The notes beneath the pieces were generated by a model. That model saw only the letters and a program-made list of their open reading frames with translations, made no database searches and was not told the DNA's origin. From a virus, in the IMG/VR virus record IMGVR_UViG_3300030616_000017, positions 32,001 through 96,000 of that record: a DNA stretch of 64,000 nt; one strand, 5' to 3'. How positions within the stretch are numbered: position 1 is the first letter of the stretch; every line of letters begins with the position of its first letter. The translations under genes and the position numbers were made by a program. Positions 18,864-28,768 of the stretch are shown here, piece by piece.

Positions 18864-20663
18864 TTAACCTTTTAGAGCTTTTACCCTATCTTTGCTGATA
18901 ACTTGTAACAGTTCTCTCTGTTGCCTGCTCATGTTGGACGAACAATAGAAATGATTATTAGCTAATACCCCTTCTTTAAGAGATTTTTTAGCTTGAAAAA
19001 GAGCTTCTGTGATTAAATCATGGAACTCTTCCTCGTTATAACTTTCTAAAATCTTATTAGTTTTATTTTTCTTAGTTTGTGCCCACAAACTTCCACTTGT
19101 CTCTTCCTCTTCTTCTCCGCCGCTCTCTCTTGCTTTAATAACTGCACCTACCCATTCGTCGATATCTTCGGAATTTAAGAATGAGAGTTTACTAAAGATT
19201 TTTTTGACTACATCTGGGGGAAGCGCTTCTCCTCTATCAAGCCCTAGAGCTTGACCTAAATTATCGATGGTGTCTTTAGCTAATCTTAAAGTATCGTTCT
19301 TAGTCTGTGTTCTATCTCTACTTTCTTCCACCATTGGATAATTCATAGAGAGTTCAAAATCTTCATCATAATCGAAAGCGCCTGTCATTGCAAATTGATT
19401 TCTAACAAGCTGTGTGAGCTCCTCAAGAATTGCAGATTGAAGTCGATAGACAGCTCTTGCAAAAGGCTTATGTTGTCGTAAAAGTGACTGCCCGCTAGTA
19501 CCAAAACTGGACCTATCTACTACCAGATAACCTTTAGGCACTCTTGTACCCATAATAAGATCATCTCGCAATAGCTCTATATCTGCTATATCGTCTAAGT
19601 TCATACGGCTTTCTATTTGGTCAACAGATATAAGTCCTGAGGGGGTCCAAATAGAGGAATTAGCCGCAAATTCTTCTTTGCCTGAAGGATCATTTCCTAA
19701 ATTATTAAATTCTTCTATCGCCTCTTGCACTTTTTCCCATTGAGATACTGCATCTACTTCATCTCCTGTCTCTACCTCGTAGTGACGAATAGGGAAGCTA
19801 GTGGCTCTTGCTAATGCCATGAGATTTTTCGCAGCTTGAAGTTGGCGGAACGGTGCTAAAGAATTAATAAGTAAGGGTCTACCAAAAGGCCAAAATTCAC
19901 TCTGTGTAGTAAAGGAGCGGAAATGTAGGAGGTTCCATGGCGGTAAATAAAGTTTAGCCCCTAAATCGAATCCAAAAAGATAAGACTTGAATGCTTGAGC
20001 TGTCATCTCTACATCTTCACTTTGCAGAATTTTAGAAAGAGCTACAAGACGGGAATCGCTCTGTAAAAATGTGCTGAATTTCTTCTTTTTATTCTGTTTA
20101 CTCATTTGAGAGGCTTTGAATTCAAACCTCTCTTTTACATCGTATACGTCAATAGGCACCAACTCTGTATAGCCTTCTTCTCTGTTGGAAGGGGCTACAA
20201 TAAAATCATCGCCATAAAGGGCTAACCCCCAAGCAATGTTACGAAGAATAGAAGAGTTAAGCCCTATTTTTTCAAAAAATTCTACAATATATTTTCTTAC
20301 TTTTCTGTCTTTAGCGTCTACTTTGATGATTTCTTTTTGGGAATCGTCTTGCACCACTTCGTCAGCGTACAATTCTACTGTCATGGAAATAATGCTATTA
20401 TTGTAATAAGCGTATTCTAAAGCCGCATACCTCTCCAATCTATTTTTTAGCGTTTCGGAATTTTCATACGTATCCGCTAAATACATAGTATAAAGCTTCT
20501 GCAGTTCATCAGGAAGCTTTATTGCAAGAGGTGATTTTTCTTTTCTATCTGGCTTCTTTTCGCCGGGTACTGGAATAGTTACGTCGCTATTTTTGTATGT
20601 TTGCGACGCTATTCCAAAAATATTTCTTAGACTATTTAAAAAACCCTTTTGTGATTTGGCCAT
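18864..20663 (-). CDS. Portal protein (T4 gp20-like)
   Basis: LYADE, LALYGD.F, PWNLLHFR, PFGRPLL, DIADIE...L...RVPK.YL. Confidence 0.9.
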   Translation of the reverse strand: MAKSQKGFLNSLRNIFGIASQTYKNSDVTIPVPGEKKPDRKEKSPLAIKLPDELQKLYTMYLADTYENSETLKNRLERYAALEYAYYNNSIISMTVELYADEVVQDDSQKEIIKVDAKDRKVRKYIVEFFEKIGLNSSILRNIAWGLALYGDDFIVAPSNREEGYTELVPIDVYDVKERFEFKASQMSKQNKKKKFSTFLQSDSRLVALSKILQSEDVEMTAQAFKSYLFGFDLGAKLYLPPWNLLHFRSFTTQSEFWPFGRPLLINSLAPFRQLQAAKNLMALARATSFPIRHYEVETGDEVDAVSQWEKVQEAIEEFNNLGNDPSGKEEFAANSSIWTPSGLISVDQIESRMNLDDIADIELLRDDLIMGTRVPKGYLVVDRSSFGTSGQSLLRQHKPFARAVYRLQSAILEELTQLVRNQFAMTGAFDYDEDFELSMNYPMVEESRDRTQTKNDTLRLAKDTIDNLGQALGLDRGEALPPDVVKKIFSKLSFLNSEDIDEWVGAVIKARESGGEEEEETSGSLWAQTKKNKTNKILESYNEEEFHDLITEALFQAKKSLKEGVLANNHFYCSSNMSRQQRELLQVISKDRVKALKG

Positions 20664-20691
20664 ACTATCTCTCTACCTTAAATAAGTGTAT

Positions 20692-20703
20692 ATTATATTA
20701 GTA
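20692..20703 (-). promoter_or_regulatory. Putative late promoter TACTAATATAAT (portal)
   Basis: Exact motif. Confidence 0.7.
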
Positions 20704-20715
20704 GAAAGAAAGCAA

Positions 20716-20922
20716 TTAGTAAAATCTTTTATTTTGCTTTTTATGTGTTTTTATCCTTGTCTGGTTCCAGCTGTATGGAATTTGAATAGAAGTGGTAAAC
20801 ATTCTATACGCAGTTTCTGTGTTGCAAATAGGGCATAGAACTACTTTAGGATGTTCATCTTGCATAGGAAACTCTTTCTCTACAACTTCTCCGCAGGCTT
20901 CACACTTGTAAGAATACTTCAA
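20716..20922 (-). CDS. FmdB-family zinc-ribbon protein
   Basis: Y.YKCEACG...CPIC. Confidence 0.75.
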   Translation of the reverse strand: MKYSYKCEACGEVVEKEFPMQDEHPKVVLCPICNTETAYRMFTTSIQIPYSWNQTRIKTHKKQNKRFY

Positions 20923-21902
20923 AGTATCAACTCCTTAATTTTATCTTGTATGGTTGGATTATTGATTTTCTTTACAGTAAAGAACTTTTCAAGATAGCTC
21001 GCTAAGTCTTCTTTCTCCCCTACCACTACTCCTACCTCTTTATCCTCCGTTTCTTCATTAGGCTTGAACCACTGATTTATATAAATCTCTCCGTATTTGT
21101 GCTTAATAGAAGGAAGGTCGGGAGCATTGTACACATTATAAATAGGATAAGGACAATCCTGTCTATCGAGAGGTTTCACATTACCTGTCGTAGCCTTATT
21201 ATAATCAACCTCATAAAAATCAATAAACTTCGGGATTTCTTGTACTTCTTCTTCTCCTGTTTCAGTATCAATGAGGTTAAGTGTACAAGTAATTCCCTTT
21301 TCATCACTTCTTGTAATGGTATTTACTCCTACATAACCTTCACTTAAATTAGGAATATGGTAATGCCCCATACGTCGAATACCTGATAAAGCATCAATAT
21401 CTACTTTATCTCCAAACATCTCTTTATGAAAGAAGTGTCCGAAAATATAATTAAACTCTATCTCTTTGTGCCCCTCTACCCATTCTTCGTAATACTCCTG
21501 CTGGGATTTTCCTCCGTAAAAACCAGGAGGAATAGCAGGAAGAAGAGCTATTTTTATTTTGTCAATATCTGCCATTTGAGGAGTACGGACAATTTCTACA
21601 TTGGAATGCTCTTCAAGAGGATCAACTGCATACGTTTCTTTAACTCTATTTATCTCATGCACTCCATTACCGGCAAGCACATAAATTCTTTTAAAGTTCA
21701 AAGAATTAAAAAAGCGATGGGCGAGCTGGTATTCCTTAGGGCTGGGACTTCTTCTATGAAAAAAATCTCCTACATGAACAGCATAATTTTCTTCATTATT
21801 CCATTCCTGTTTCGCAACCCAGTCAAAATAGTCTTTCTTTGCAGAAAAGTACGGTTCTTCGAAACGAACGTGGTCATCTCCAAATACAATAAGTTTACTC
21901 AT
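20919..21902 (-). CDS. SbcD/Mre11/gp47-like metallophosphoesterase nuclease
   Basis: GDDH, GDFF, GN..H, GH, GHYH motifs. Confidence 0.75.
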   Translation of the reverse strand: MSKLIVFGDDHVRFEEPYFSAKKDYFDWVAKQEWNNEENYAVHVGDFFHRRSPSPKEYQLAHRFFNSLNFKRIYVLAGNGVHEINRVKETYAVDPLEEHSNVEIVRTPQMADIDKIKIALLPAIPPGFYGGKSQQEYYEEWVEGHKEIEFNYIFGHFFHKEMFGDKVDIDALSGIRRMGHYHIPNLSEGYVGVNTITRSDEKGITCTLNLIDTETGEEEVQEIPKFIDFYEVDYNKATTGNVKPLDRQDCPYPIYNVYNAPDLPSIKHKYGEIYINQWFKPNEETEDKEVGVVVGEKEDLASYLEKFFTVKKINNPTIQDKIKELIL

Positions 21903-21929
21903 TTACACTCCTTTTAAAATATTTTTATC

Positions 21930-22208
21930 TTACAGGGGGGCATCCATTTGGGGACCACCTGTAAATCGGGTTTCTTTAATAGGGGTTATTTGCTCTTCCT
22001 TCTTAACTGTTTTCAACTGTTGCTCATCAAAATATTCTCCAATTGGCAACTCCATCTTTGTATCTTTTTTAAAAATAATTTTCGGTTTAACACAATACTG
22101 AATACATTCATTAAAATATTGCACTCTGGCAGTTACAGTTCCCTTAAACCCAGTAACAATATCCTCTACCTGTTCTCCAAGATCAAACTTAAAATAAACT
22201 TCACTCAT
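21930..22208 (-). CDS. Conserved small phage protein (SH3-like)
   Basis: F.LG..V.D.VTGF.G...R.QY...C.QY.V.P...FDE..L...GGP. Confidence 0.65.
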   Translation of the reverse strand: MSEVYFKFDLGEQVEDIVTGFKGTVTARVQYFNECIQYCVKPKIIFKKDTKMELPIGEYFDEQQLKTVKKEEQITPIKETRFTGGPQMDAPL

Positions 22209-22221
22209 ACTATTTATCTCC

Positions 22222-22635
22222 TTATAATAGTTTTAAATTACCAGTAATTTTATTAATTTCTTCAGACTTTGCAGGGCCTATAGCAATACAAGTAGGTGTT
22301 TTTACACCATGAAATTCAGTTAAGCCGCTATCTACAATATAAGAACAAGGTAAATTTCTTTTTTCAGCTTCCCTGTATAATTCATTTAACTCTTCCTCTG
22401 AATTACAGCTTACTACTACTTTAGTAAAAAGACCCTCCATCCAATCTCTCATATCTTCTGTTATATTCTGAATAACGCAATAATACTGATTCTCAACCCC
22501 AGCATCGATATCCATTACAGTAATATTGTCAAAAAATACTTTCATAGAAGCATGTGCTGATTGAGCTGCAATTTTTCCTTTACGCATTTTAAGGTCTTTT
22601 CTTACTACTATAACTTGTTTAATTTCTTCACTCAT
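22222..22635 (-). CDS. pth2: Peptidyl-tRNA hydrolase, Pth2 type
   Basis: KQVIVVRKDLKM.KGK.AAQ.AHA, TKVVV, D.G.TE, T..AIGP, ITG.LKL. Confidence 0.95.
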   Translation of the reverse strand: MSEEIKQVIVVRKDLKMRKGKIAAQSAHASMKVFFDNITVMDIDAGVENQYYCVIQNITEDMRDWMEGLFTKVVVSCNSEEELNELYREAEKRNLPCSYIVDSGLTEFHGVKTPTCIAIGPAKSEEINKITGNLKLL

Positions 22636-22644
22636 ATTTTTTCC

Positions 22645-23070
22645 TTATATATAACATACTCGAATTTCTATGTTTGTATTTCTAAAAACTTCCTTTATGT
22701 CTTCCTCTGTAATCTCCCAGGGAAGCTGATCTAAACCTGAACCAATTTTAGGCATTACAATATGTTTAATTCCAGTATTCATTGCTATATATTTCATATC
22801 ATGTAAAGCATAAAAAAGATCCTGTTGTTTAGGCTTCCCAGATGATCTGGCCTTTGTAATAAGATTAAAAACTCCATGATGAAGAATACACGTAGGGTAT
22901 TTCCTTTCCTGTTCAGAGTATATGTCTTTCATCTCATAAAGATTAAACTTTTTTTTAATTGGTACAGCAATACCAGCCCCCATTCTACAATCAGATGCAA
23001 TACAATGAGCAACATGGTACTTATTAAAATCAACTGTAAAAATATCTCGCTTTTCTATGCTGTATATCAT
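22645..23070 (-). CDS. Macrodomain (Poa1/TARG1/DarG-like) ADP-ribose hydrolase
   Basis: HCIASDCRMGAGIA, NLITK, MPKIGSGLD.L.W. Confidence 0.9.
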   Translation of the reverse strand: MIYSIEKRDIFTVDFNKYHVAHCIASDCRMGAGIAVPIKKKFNLYEMKDIYSEQERKYPTCILHHGVFNLITKARSSGKPKQQDLFYALHDMKYIAMNTGIKHIVMPKIGSGLDQLPWEITEEDIKEVFRNTNIEIRVCYI

Positions 23071-23091
23071 TTTTTTTCTCCTTATTTATAT

Positions 23092-23120
23092 AATATAACC
23101 AAAAAATCATATATTTTCAA
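23092..23120 (-). promoter_or_regulatory. Early/middle promoter TTGAAA-17-TATATT
   Basis: Exact spacing; upstream of the macrodomain gene. Confidence 0.75.
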
Positions 23121-23700
23121 GTGATATATCTAAATGGTTTTTGCCTTCTAAGTAGTGTTTAGCATATAAATCTTCCGGTAAATTACTAAGGATGTAGGGT
23201 TTATGATCTTTTCCAATAAATTCTACTCGATCTAAGCCAAAGTGATTAGCAATTTTTCTCCAATTTTTTATCCATTTGGATTTATCCTTTCTTTCATGAT
23301 GCTGCACATATAAATCCATTCCTCCCAAATCAAACCCTAACACTTTAACTTCCTTATATCCCTCATACAGAGCTGCTGCTACCAATGTAGATCCAGATTC
23401 TGCATAAAAATGTTTCGGTAAAGTTAATTGTTGAACACCAGGTAATTCCCAAGATCTTTTATTCTTTCCATATATTGCCATTTTTAATCGGTATTTTCTT
23501 TTGTATTTTACTGCGATTTTTAACGCTACATAATCTCCTATCAATCTATCCAAGCGGGGTAATGAGCCATTTGCAAGCTCTAAAAAAGCAGAATTACAAG
23601 CCCATATTTCACCTTCCCATTCTTGAATAAACTTAACATAATTTTTTCGGGATACGCCGTTTCCTAAAATAAGTACTTTTTCATGATTGATTTGTTGCAT
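23107..23700 (-). CDS. Putative sialyltransferase-fold protein (CstII/Maf-like), paralog of 25118-25738
   Basis: LILGNGVSR, W.CN, SGSTL, LGFD motifs. Confidence 0.55.
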   Translation of the reverse strand: MQQINHEKVLILGNGVSRKNYVKFIQEWEGEIWACNSAFLELANGSLPRLDRLIGDYVALKIAVKYKRKYRLKMAIYGKNKRSWELPGVQQLTLPKHFYAESGSTLVAAALYEGYKEVKVLGFDLGGMDLYVQHHERKDKSKWIKNWRKIANHFGLDRVEFIGKDHKPYILSNLPEDLYAKHYLEGKNHLDISLENI

Positions 23701-24400
23701 AACCTTTTTCCTGTAATAATGTTTCTAGTATGTTCCAATCCTCTTTTTCATCTATTTCATAAGAAGTATACGGTGGTGTAATATATAAAGAAACAGGGGG
23801 AGTTAAGCGACATTTATTGTCTATATAATTTTGAATAGAGTTTATGTATATACCTCCATTTTCTACAAATAAGCCATTATGAAAGTTCTGTCTTCTTTCT
23901 CTTTTTATAGGATCATAATTAACTGGAACTCCAACTTGTTCTATTCTAGATTTATATGTCCAGAAAAACCTTTCACTTTGACTTACACTTAACAAGGATT
24001 TACAATCAGTTTCTTCTACATATTGTGAAATAGCTCCATCAACAAAAAAAGAATTTACCCACGGAGAAGTGGCCTGAACAAGAACTATGTGATCTTCTGG
24101 CTCTCTTTTAAACACACCTTTATGTATCCAGTCCATTACCGCCGATTCAGTAGTAGCTTCGTCTGTAGCTGTCTCAATAGAACGCCAATGTATTCTACCT
24201 TTTGAAAAATAAAAAGAAACAAAAGCATCTGCATAGTTCATACTATCTAAAAGTACGTGAAACTCTTCTATATAATGTGATTTTTGAAGAGCATTACATA
24301 CCCACCAAAATAAAGGCTTTCCAAGAAAATCTTTAATGTTTTTATTCGGTATTCCCTTGGATCCGCTTCTTAGAGGAACAATCCCTATATATCTACTCAT
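23681..24400 (-). CDS. neuA: Acylneuraminate cytidylyltransferase (CMP-nonulosonate synthetase)
   Basis: PLRSGSKGIPNKNIK, QATSP, RRQ, ENG.IY, EIDE..D; start moved to MSRYIG. Confidence 0.9.
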   Translation of the reverse strand: MSRYIGIVPLRSGSKGIPNKNIKDFLGKPLFWWVCNALQKSHYIEEFHVLLDSMNYADAFVSFYFSKGRIHWRSIETATDEATTESAVMDWIHKGVFKREPEDHIVLVQATSPWVNSFFVDGAISQYVEETDCKSLLSVSQSERFFWTYKSRIEQVGVPVNYDPIKRERRQNFHNGLFVENGGIYINSIQNYIDNKCRLTPPVSLYITPPYTSYEIDEKEDWNILETLLQEKGYATNQS

Positions 24401-25118
24401 AGCTTTTTTCTCCATTTTTCGTAAATACAAAAGTTGCGTAATGAATTTTTTCTCTAATGTTAGAAATATATAAAGGTTGTAAAGAAACAGAAAGTAGGGC
24501 TTTCCAAAATTCATCTAGCATAAACGAAGTAGCACGCATATGCTTAACTTTATATTCATCTATATTCTCAATAGGCTTATAAGCTTCTTCCCCATTATCG
24601 TAGCGTATTTGAATCACTCCTACTCCGTTTACTTTCAAAGCTTGAGCTATTATTTGTAACACTTCCATAGCGTATTCTTTCGAGGGAAAATGCTGAAAAA
24701 CAGCAGTAGAAAGAAAAAGGTCAACAGGATCGTGAATCGATTCTAGAACAAATTGCGGGTTCTCTTCTATTAAAATAGGAGTAAATGTAATGTTGTTTTC
24801 TTCCGCAACCGCTTGTGACGCTTCTAAACTACGGAGAGAAATATCAATACCGATATATTTTTTTATGTAAGGAATTAAAGCATTGATATTAGAACCGCCA
24901 CCAACTCCCCACTCAGCAATTATCATTGGCCCCATTTTTCGATCTAAAAATGAGAAACCCTGTTTTATTTGCGGTAAATTCCTTTTTCCTAGACTTTCCC
25001 ACTTAGCAAGGTCTTTATAAATTCCTTTTCCTCGAATATGAGAAATGGCGTCTTGATGATCTAAATCAGAACTGTTTACCCACACATCTTTTACTTTATT
25101 AAAATCTTTTTGGTCCAT
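24393..25118 (-). CDS. Class I SAM-dependent methyltransferase
   Basis: EWGVGGGSN, GIDIS, DLFLS.AVFQH; start moved to MDQKD. Confidence 0.85.
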   Translation of the reverse strand: MDQKDFNKVKDVWVNSSDLDHQDAISHIRGKGIYKDLAKWESLGKRNLPQIKQGFSFLDRKMGPMIIAEWGVGGGSNINALIPYIKKYIGIDISLRSLEASQAVAEENNITFTPILIEENPQFVLESIHDPVDLFLSTAVFQHFPSKEYAMEVLQIIAQALKVNGVGVIQIRYDNGEEAYKPIENIDEYKVKHMRATSFMLDEFWKALLSVSLQPLYISNIREKIHYATFVFTKNGEKSYE

Positions 25119-25738
25119 TATACAACCTCCAAGTGATTTATACCCTGCGAATACAATTGCCAATATTTATTATCTGGCTCATCACTCAATAAATATTTTT
25201 TATGATCTTTTCCTATGAATTCAATCCTATCAAGCCCATAACTTTTGGCTATCTTGCGCCAATGCTGAATCCAATTAGTTTTATTCTGAGTATGAAGATC
25301 ATCCACGTAAATATCATAACCCCCCAAATCAAACCCAGCTAAATAAATCTTTTCATACCCCTCTACTAATGCTTTAACGGTAAGCGTGCTTCCTGAATCT
25401 CTAACATACATTGCAGGAATATTATCTAATTTTTCAACATGAGGTAAAGCTATATTTTGAGGTCGTTTAGAAAAAATTCTATAGGCAAACTTGTATTTAT
25501 CAATAGCAGCAGAAGCTTCTTTTAATGCATCGTGATCACCTGTTAGTACATTAAGCCTTGGAATGTCCTTAGTAATAAGTTCTTTGAACACGTTATTGCA
25601 GCCCCATATCTCTCCCGGCCAATGCTGTACAAATGGTTTATGCCGCAGTCTTGATACCCCGTTTCCAAGAATCAATACAGATTTTATATTTGGATTTTTC
25701 CTATAGGTGTCTAGGATTCGTTTACATTGTTCTGTCAT
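25118..25738 (-). CDS. Putative sialyltransferase-fold protein, paralog of 23107-23700
   Basis: LILGNGVSR, W.GEIWGCN, DSGSTL, AGFDLGG, GLDRIEFIGKDHK near-identical to paralog. Confidence 0.55.
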   Translation of the reverse strand: MTEQCKRILDTYRKNPNIKSVLILGNGVSRLRHKPFVQHWPGEIWGCNNVFKELITKDIPRLNVLTGDHDALKEASAAIDKYKFAYRIFSKRPQNIALPHVEKLDNIPAMYVRDSGSTLTVKALVEGYEKIYLAGFDLGGYDIYVDDLHTQNKTNWIQHWRKIAKSYGLDRIEFIGKDHKKYLLSDEPDNKYWQLYSQGINHLEVV

Positions 25739-25740
25739 AA

Positions 25741-26331
25741 CTAGTTGTACCCTTTCTTTTTAAATACTAGCATTTTTAAAAAACTACTTTCTATAAACCC
25801 CCACTGATCATCCTCAATTCTACTAAACCACCAATCTCTATTTCGAATAGTTTGATGTAAGTTTCCTATATCCTTAAACTCAGATTCTTTTTTTAGAAGA
25901 TTCGTCCAAGTCATGTTTATTTCTTTTCCATATGCAATTTTAAGAAATAAATATTTTTTACTAACCCTTTTGATTTCTTTGATAGCTTGTTCCGCGTCTT
26001 CAGGAATTAGATGTTCTAATACATCACACGAAAAGACAGCGTCGAATTTATTATCCTCAAAAGGTAATTCTACAGCAGTTGCAACTTGACAAGTTGAAAG
26101 CCCTATGGTTTTAGATTCCTGAATAGCCGTAGTAGAAACATCAACACCATATCCCTCTATTCCTTTTTCAATGAATTTTTTAACCGCCATGCCTTGTGAA
26201 CAGCCAATTTCTAATAGAGAAGAAAACTTATAGTTATCGGTTATATAGTCCACATATTTTATACCGTGATTTTTTAAATCTTTATGATAGCCTTTCCTGT
26301 ATAAAAAATCATACACTTTATAATAATCCAT
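25741..26331 (-). CDS. Class I SAM-dependent methyltransferase
   Basis: LEIGCSQG, GVDVS, LPFEDNKFD, DVLEHL. Confidence 0.9.
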   Translation of the reverse strand: MDYYKVYDFLYRKGYHKDLKNHGIKYVDYITDNYKFSSLLEIGCSQGMAVKKFIEKGIEGYGVDVSTTAIQESKTIGLSTCQVATAVELPFEDNKFDAVFSCDVLEHLIPEDAEQAIKEIKRVSKKYLFLKIAYGKEINMTWTNLLKKESEFKDIGNLHQTIRNRDWWFSRIEDDQWGFIESSFLKMLVFKKKGYN

Positions 26332-26994
26332 TCAATTCTCCTTTAAATGCCCAAGTCTTTGTTCTAAACTATTGATTGTTTCAGAAGATGCTTTCACTTT
26401 TCCTGAAGATATTAACTCATAAATATACCGATGATTATTATCAGAATCATGAACTGTCTGAGGTGTTTTTCTGTTTCTTTGCATTTCCGCAGCTTCCTCA
26501 ATTATAGATTCTGGCAAATACCCCGGATAATATTTTTGTTTATTATTAGAATAAAAATCCACGCCTGTAATGTGAAACTCTTTTGGCGAAGCAGAAACAA
26601 TCATATCTAAAATAATAGCACCCATTAAAGCCCCTCTAATTTCCAATACTCGGGGACTTTGAACTATTACTTCAACAGGAACACCATTATCTATAATTGA
26701 ATCATATAAAGGAGAGTTAAAACTTTTACAATATATATGCTTTAACCCCCGGGCTTTAAGTTTGTCCATATCTATTTCTTGAATATGCCTTTGAAATTGA
26801 GAATTAAAAAATAGAACTGAGTACTTACTTCCATAATCTCTATTAAAATCGGGATCATCTAAGAAAAAAACTGAACCGTTAGTTCTTACAACTATGTCAA
26901 AAGAATCAATCCATTCCCCTAACCCCTTATTTCTAATGCAAGGAGAGGGACCTACAAATATAACTTTTTTATTGGTCATATATTCTATATTCAC
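26332..26994 (-). CDS. GT29-like sialyltransferase
   Basis: Sialylmotif-L-like VGPSP...GLGEWIDSFDIVVRTN; ITGVDFY; C-terminal His. Confidence 0.75.
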   Translation of the reverse strand: MNIEYMTNKKVIFVGPSPCIRNKGLGEWIDSFDIVVRTNGSVFFLDDPDFNRDYGSKYSVLFFNSQFQRHIQEIDMDKLKARGLKHIYCKSFNSPLYDSIIDNGVPVEVIVQSPRVLEIRGALMGAIILDMIVSASPKEFHITGVDFYSNNKQKYYPGYLPESIIEEAAEMQRNRKTPQTVHDSDNNHRYIYELISSGKVKASSETINSLEQRLGHLKEN

Positions 26995-27012
26995 TTAAAC
27001 CTCTTTTTTAGT

Positions 27013-28110
27013 TTAATTGCTTTCACAATATCTATTAAACTCATCAAAATTATTTTTGATAATATGAAATAAGTTTTCTTTAGCTTCTTCAATTTCCTTT
27101 TGAATTTTTCTCTTGTGCTGTAACATATATAAAGCTTTTTCTACTAGAGTTTCTTGTATTTTATCTTCATCATCCAGATCAATCATCCAGTCAAGTTTAT
27201 TTATATCTTCCAGAAAAAACTTAATTTTATTATGCACATGCAAAGACAGAACAGGAATTCCTAATCCAAAAGGAATCATCTGAGAGTGACCTCTACCTGC
27301 AATTACTAAATCGAAAGATTTATAGAAGTTAAAAGAATCTTCTACTGAGTAACGTCTTATATCAATAATAGTATGTGGAATATTTAATTCAACTAAATAA
27401 TCTAGAATTTCAACATCAAAATTGGGAGCATGAAGAACAACAGTAATTGAATACCCTTTATCTACTAATTCCTCAATCCCTTTAGCAATAGGTAAAACTT
27501 TTTGGCGAGGTGTTTCTCCGTATCTCAAAACTTTTCGATCAAAAGGAATATTTATTGCAATCTTTTTTGTTTTTCCGGGGTTTGTAGGAACATTCCACAG
27601 ATGATTAATAATTGTGGTAGTACAAGGTACAAAAGAAATATCAGTGTCTAAATCTGAAGGAAAATGAGGTAATAGTTTCTCAATATCCCCTTTATGTCTA
27701 AGACTGAAGTGAATAGTTTTTTGAGATAATAATTCTACAGAAGATAGAAATAGTTCACTTGGTTCTTGCCCCCAAAAATAATTAAACCCTACAGTAAAAA
27801 CAATAATAGGAATTTGAATACTTTCTAAGACCTCATTGCTTACTTTCCAATGCCAACCAGAAACTTCATTAGAGGATAATCCATGCGCCATAAACAGACC
27901 TCCTCCCCCCACCAGAATTACATCAACATCTTCTAAAATAGTTTTAGCATTTTCATCTGCCCATTCTCTTATATTCATAGGTTTCCATGAAATAGAGTGC
28001 TTACAAAACTTTTCAAACGTTTTTCTAACAGCATGTGTTAAGACATAGTCTCCGTAATTGCCTCTTTTTTCTGAGTAACTTAGATGTAGAATTCTTACAG
28101 GCTCACTCAT
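27013..28110 (-). CDS. Polysaccharide pyruvyl transferase family protein
   Basis: GNYGD, VGGGGLF, FSLR, R.H..., GIP. Confidence 0.85.
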   Translation of the reverse strand: MSEPVRILHLSYSEKRGNYGDYVLTHAVRKTFEKFCKHSISWKPMNIREWADENAKTILEDVDVILVGGGGLFMAHGLSSNEVSGWHWKVSNEVLESIQIPIIVFTVGFNYFWGQEPSELFLSSVELLSQKTIHFSLRHKGDIEKLLPHFPSDLDTDISFVPCTTTIINHLWNVPTNPGKTKKIAINIPFDRKVLRYGETPRQKVLPIAKGIEELVDKGYSITVVLHAPNFDVEILDYLVELNIPHTIIDIRRYSVEDSFNFYKSFDLVIAGRGHSQMIPFGLGIPVLSLHVHNKIKFFLEDINKLDWMIDLDDEDKIQETLVEKALYMLQHKRKIQKEIEEAKENLFHIIKNNFDEFNRYCESN

Positions 28111-28768
28111 ACGCTTCCTTATGTGATATTATCATATCTAGTTTTTCTAAAAAACGAGCATCACAACTTATATAATGTGTTTCAATTATTTCTTTTAAGA
28201 CTACAGCATTCCAATACCTCGAATGGGCTAAGTGGCCGTCTTTATGTGATTCATCTTCAAACGCTTTCATAGTTGGATGAATATACCCTTCCACATATCC
28301 ACTCCAATCTTTATTGTACACATTAGCCCGATTTATGTACATATCCATTCCAGTAAGAAAGAGGTGCTTAGGCTTTAATTTTGTTAAATAGTGGACAACA
28401 GCAACTCCTGAATACGTAAACCCTCTTTTCATTTTACTTTCCACTTCTTTGAAAGCTCGAGGAATAGCTGTATGAGGAATATCTGTATATTGCGGGTAAT
28501 TTCTTTTGAAAAGAAAATGTTTTACAAAAGGGTATTTTTTAAGGTCTGGTTTTAATTCTCTTACAAATGGATTAGTTAAAAAATGAAGTGTGTCTTTTTT
28601 TCCGTAATCTTTTTGATATTCTTTATCTTTTTGTATAAAGAGAGAGCCATTAAACTTCACCACAACATCATGTGAATCAATAAACTCTCCGAGGCGTTTC
28701 CCTTTAATAATATCACTGCTGCCAACAACAATAATTGATTTTCCTTCTACAATTTCCTTGCAATCCAT
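28103..28768 (-). CDS. GT29-like sialyltransferase
   Basis: IVVGSS...LGEFIDSHDVVVKFN...DYG.K; YSG; LTGMD; HS. Confidence 0.75.
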   Translation of the reverse strand: MDCKEIVEGKSIIVVGSSDIIKGKRLGEFIDSHDVVVKFNGSLFIQKDKEYQKDYGKKDTLHFLTNPFVRELKPDLKKYPFVKHFLFKRNYPQYTDIPHTAIPRAFKEVESKMKRGFTYSGVAVVHYLTKLKPKHLFLTGMDMYINRANVYNKDWSGYVEGYIHPTMKAFEDESHKDGHLAHSRYWNAVVLKEIIETHYISCDARFLEKLDMIISHKEAYE

